From Planctomycetota bacterium (GTDB lineage: Bacteria; Planctomycetota; B15-G4; SIAN01): 64,000 bases of DNA. The position numbers were made by a program, and so were the translations under genes. The DNA lies in contig JANNXA010000051.1 in assembly GCA_031409275.1 (NCBI GenBank), positions 32,001 to 96,000 of the forward strand, in the 5' to 3' direction. Of this stretch, positions 62,170-64,000 are shown one piece after another. Below the pieces are notes generated by a model. It saw only the letters and a program-made list of their open reading frames with translations, did not search any database and was not told the DNA's origin. Positions within the stretch are counted from its first letter, which is position 1. Every line of letters begins with the position of its first letter.

Positions 62170-64000
62170 TCAGCGCATCGAACGCGCGCGGCGCGGCGCG
62201 ACCGGAGTCGGCGGCGCGGGCACCGGCTCCGGAGTCGGCGTCGCCGGCGTATTCACGACCTCGAGCTCCTGCTGCAGGGCGTTCAGCTGCTGCTGCAGCG
62301 CCTCGATCTGCGCACGCAGCATCGCGGCACGCTCGGCGCTTTCGTGGCGCTGGTTGCCGACCCGTCGCCGCTGCGATGGGGTCGGAAAGCCCTGGTTCAA
62401 CTCCACGTGCGCTCGCTCCGCTTGGGCGAGCGCCCGCTGCTCCGCGGCGAGTGCACGTTCGCGCGCCGCCGCCTCTCGCGTCGACAACGCGCCGCCATCA
62501 CCCGCGCGGGCCTCCGCCAGACGCGCCTCGGCCGAGCGCATCTGCTCTTCGTACTCGCCCTGATGGCGCTTGAACTGAACCGCCGCGCGCTCCTGCACTT
62601 CGGCCGCCTTCTGCAGGGCTTCCTGCCGCGCTTGCGCGAACGCGTCGTCGAAACGCTGGCGCATGGCGTCCGCCTGCGCGGCGTCGACGTGGGTCGCCGC
62701 TTCGGCGAGCTCTGCCCTCGCCTCGGCGAGCGTCGCGGCCAACTCGCCATCGACCTCGCTCATCGCCTTGGCGAATTCGGCCTGGGCCGCAGCGAACGGC
62801 TCCTCGATGCCGCGTAGCTCGTCGAGTTCTCCGAGCTCGGACAGCTCTGCCAGATCGCCGAACTCCTCGAAACCGGAGAACTCCGGGAACTCTACGCCGG
62901 ACATCGCATCGCAAGGCTCTTCGCACTCGACTTCGCACTCGACTTCGCACGCCTCTTCGCAGGATTCCTCGCACGCCTCTTCGCACGCCGCTTCGCAGGC
63001 TTCTTCGCACGCATCGGCGCATGCAGGTGGCTCGATCGCTCGATCGCGGTGCGATCGTGCCACCGTCTCAGCGACGGCCAGGCGCGCGACGGCCGTCTGC
63101 GCCGCCACCAACGCCTGTAGCTTGCGCTGCAGCTTGACGACCTCGTCGTGCCGGCCGGCCGTTGCCGCTTCCCTGAGCGCCATCGCCAGGTCACCGATCC
63201 GCTCGCTCATGGCGGCCGCGCGGGCAGCCGTGGCGTCATGCGCAACGCGCGGCGGCGCAATGGCGGGCACTTCTTCGGCGGGCACGTTCGGGTTGCCCGC
63301 CGCGGCCGGCCGCTTCACTCGCACGCGAACTGGACGCGCCGCCCGATCGTCGCTGGCGACGGCAGGCTCGACCGCCGATGGAGCGATGGCGCGCGCGCTG
63401 ACCGGTACGTTTCGCGCCGGCATCGCATGCGGAGCCGTCGCGTCCGCGGTTGCGACGGCGCTTGTTGCCACCGCCCGCGGCGCGACCGCCTGGTTCACCG
63501 TACCCGTCGTCGCCGTCGCCGTCGGCCCGTCGCCCGGCAGCAGCGTCGCCGCGGCTCCGAGCTGCGTCAGCAGCGGCAGCGCGAACAGCGAGCACGCCAA
63601 CCAGCGGCCACCGCGCAGTCGCCGTCCATCGGGACCCTTCGAATCAACCGTAAGCATCTCGATCCTCCTCTCAATCTGCGACGGCGAGCGGCCCCAATGC
63701 AGGAGCGCGCAACGAACGCCCGCGGAGTGGGGCCCCGCGTCGATCGCCGAGAGATGACCATGGAGCGCTGCCGCATGTTCCAGCAGCGCATGGGCGTAGC
63801 TGCGGCGATGGCCGCAGCGCTGCACGACCGCGAGGTCGCACGACAGCTCGCGCAGCCGGCCGACTTCGGCCGACAACCACCACGCCGCGGGGTGGAACCA
63901 GAAGAGCGACGTCGCCAGCGCCTGCACGACCGCGGCCAGCGTGTCGCCACGCGCGATATGGACGAGCTCGTGGCGCAGCGCCCAGCGCAACGCCTCCGGC
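62170..64000 (-). CDS. BlaR1/MecR1-like M56 metallopeptidase with long low-complexity/coiled-coil C-terminus; 5' end outside the window
   Basis: LRHELVHIARGD (HExxH), LFWFHPAAWW, RELSCD, YAHALL, IERRIEML. Confidence 0.9.
   Translation of the reverse strand, partial: PEALRWALRHELVHIARGDTLAAVVQALATSLFWFHPAAWWLSAEVGRLRELSCDLAVVQRCGHRRSYAHALLEHAAALHGHLSAIDAGPHSAGVRCALLHWGRSPSQIERRIEMLTVDSKGPDGRRLRGGRWLACSLFALPLLTQLGAAATLLPGDGPTATATTGTVNQAVAPRAVATSAVATADATAPHAMPARNVPVSARAIAPSAVEPAVASDDRAARPVRVRVKRPAAAGNPNVPAEEVPAIAPPRVAHDATAARAAAMSERIGDLAMALREAATAGRHDEVVKLQRKLQALVAAQTAVARLAVAETVARSHRDRAIEPPACADACEEACEAACEEACEESCEEACEVECEVECEEPCDAMSGVEFPEFSGFEEFGDLAELSELGELDELRGIEEPFAAAQAEFAKAMSEVDGELAATLAEARAELAEAATHVDAAQADAMRQRFDDAFAQARQEALQKAAEVQERAAVQFKRHQGEYEEQMRSAEARLAEARAGDGGALSTREAAARERALAAEQRALAQAERAHVELNQGFPTPSQRRRVGNQRHESAERAAMLRAQIEALQQQLNALQQELEVVNTPATPTPEPVPAPPTPVAPRRARSMR
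62911..63021 (-). repeat. 12-bp-period coding repeat encoding (Cxxx)9C
   Basis: CADACEEACEAACEEACEESCEEACEVECEVECEEPC; plus-strand unit approximates TTCGCACGCCTC. Confidence 0.9.

Noticed and set aside
62911..63021. Short periodic repeats here and at 2269-2304 and 2899-2943 as a possible CRISPR array
   Set aside because: Units are 12-15 bp, in frame within coding sequence, with no spacers and no cas genes.

Overview
This is a high-GC, gene-dense bacterial core-chromosome window. It is most likely Planctomycetota, inferred from a eukaryote-like Ser/Thr kinase, a CRTAC1/ASPIC-UnbV lipoprotein, a DUF6677-like membrane protein, HEAT and vWA proteins, an orphan FtsQ-like gene and a divergent RNase HII. 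Housekeeping genes: folC, aroB, dprA, lon, fabZ-like, rnhB-like, rplM-rpsI, ribE, trmD-rplS-secDF. It also holds an LPS kinase and heptosyltransferase pair, a folE-queD-btuFCD-like operon, an 11-subunit complex I operon (nuoABCDHIJKLMN, no nuoEFG), a glucose/sorbosone dehydrogenase-PKD protein and a partial BlaR1/M56 sensor. I saw no rRNA, tRNA, CRISPR array or mobile element. I cannot claim a demonstrated new system. The best leads are: (1) a compact multi-branch RNA with its own terminator at 25851-25970; (2) a 21-codon leader ORF coupled to trmD where rpsP-rimM usually sit; (3) a degenerate REC-GGDEF protein that keeps its RxxD c-di-GMP site, near a stand-alone pseudo-receiver; (4) an M56 protein with a ten-cysteine CxxxC acidic repeat; (5) complex I subunits with Pro/Ala tails and His-rich inserts. 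Most long ORFs in the supplied track are antisense GC-shadow ORFs. All family calls come from motif reading, not database searches.
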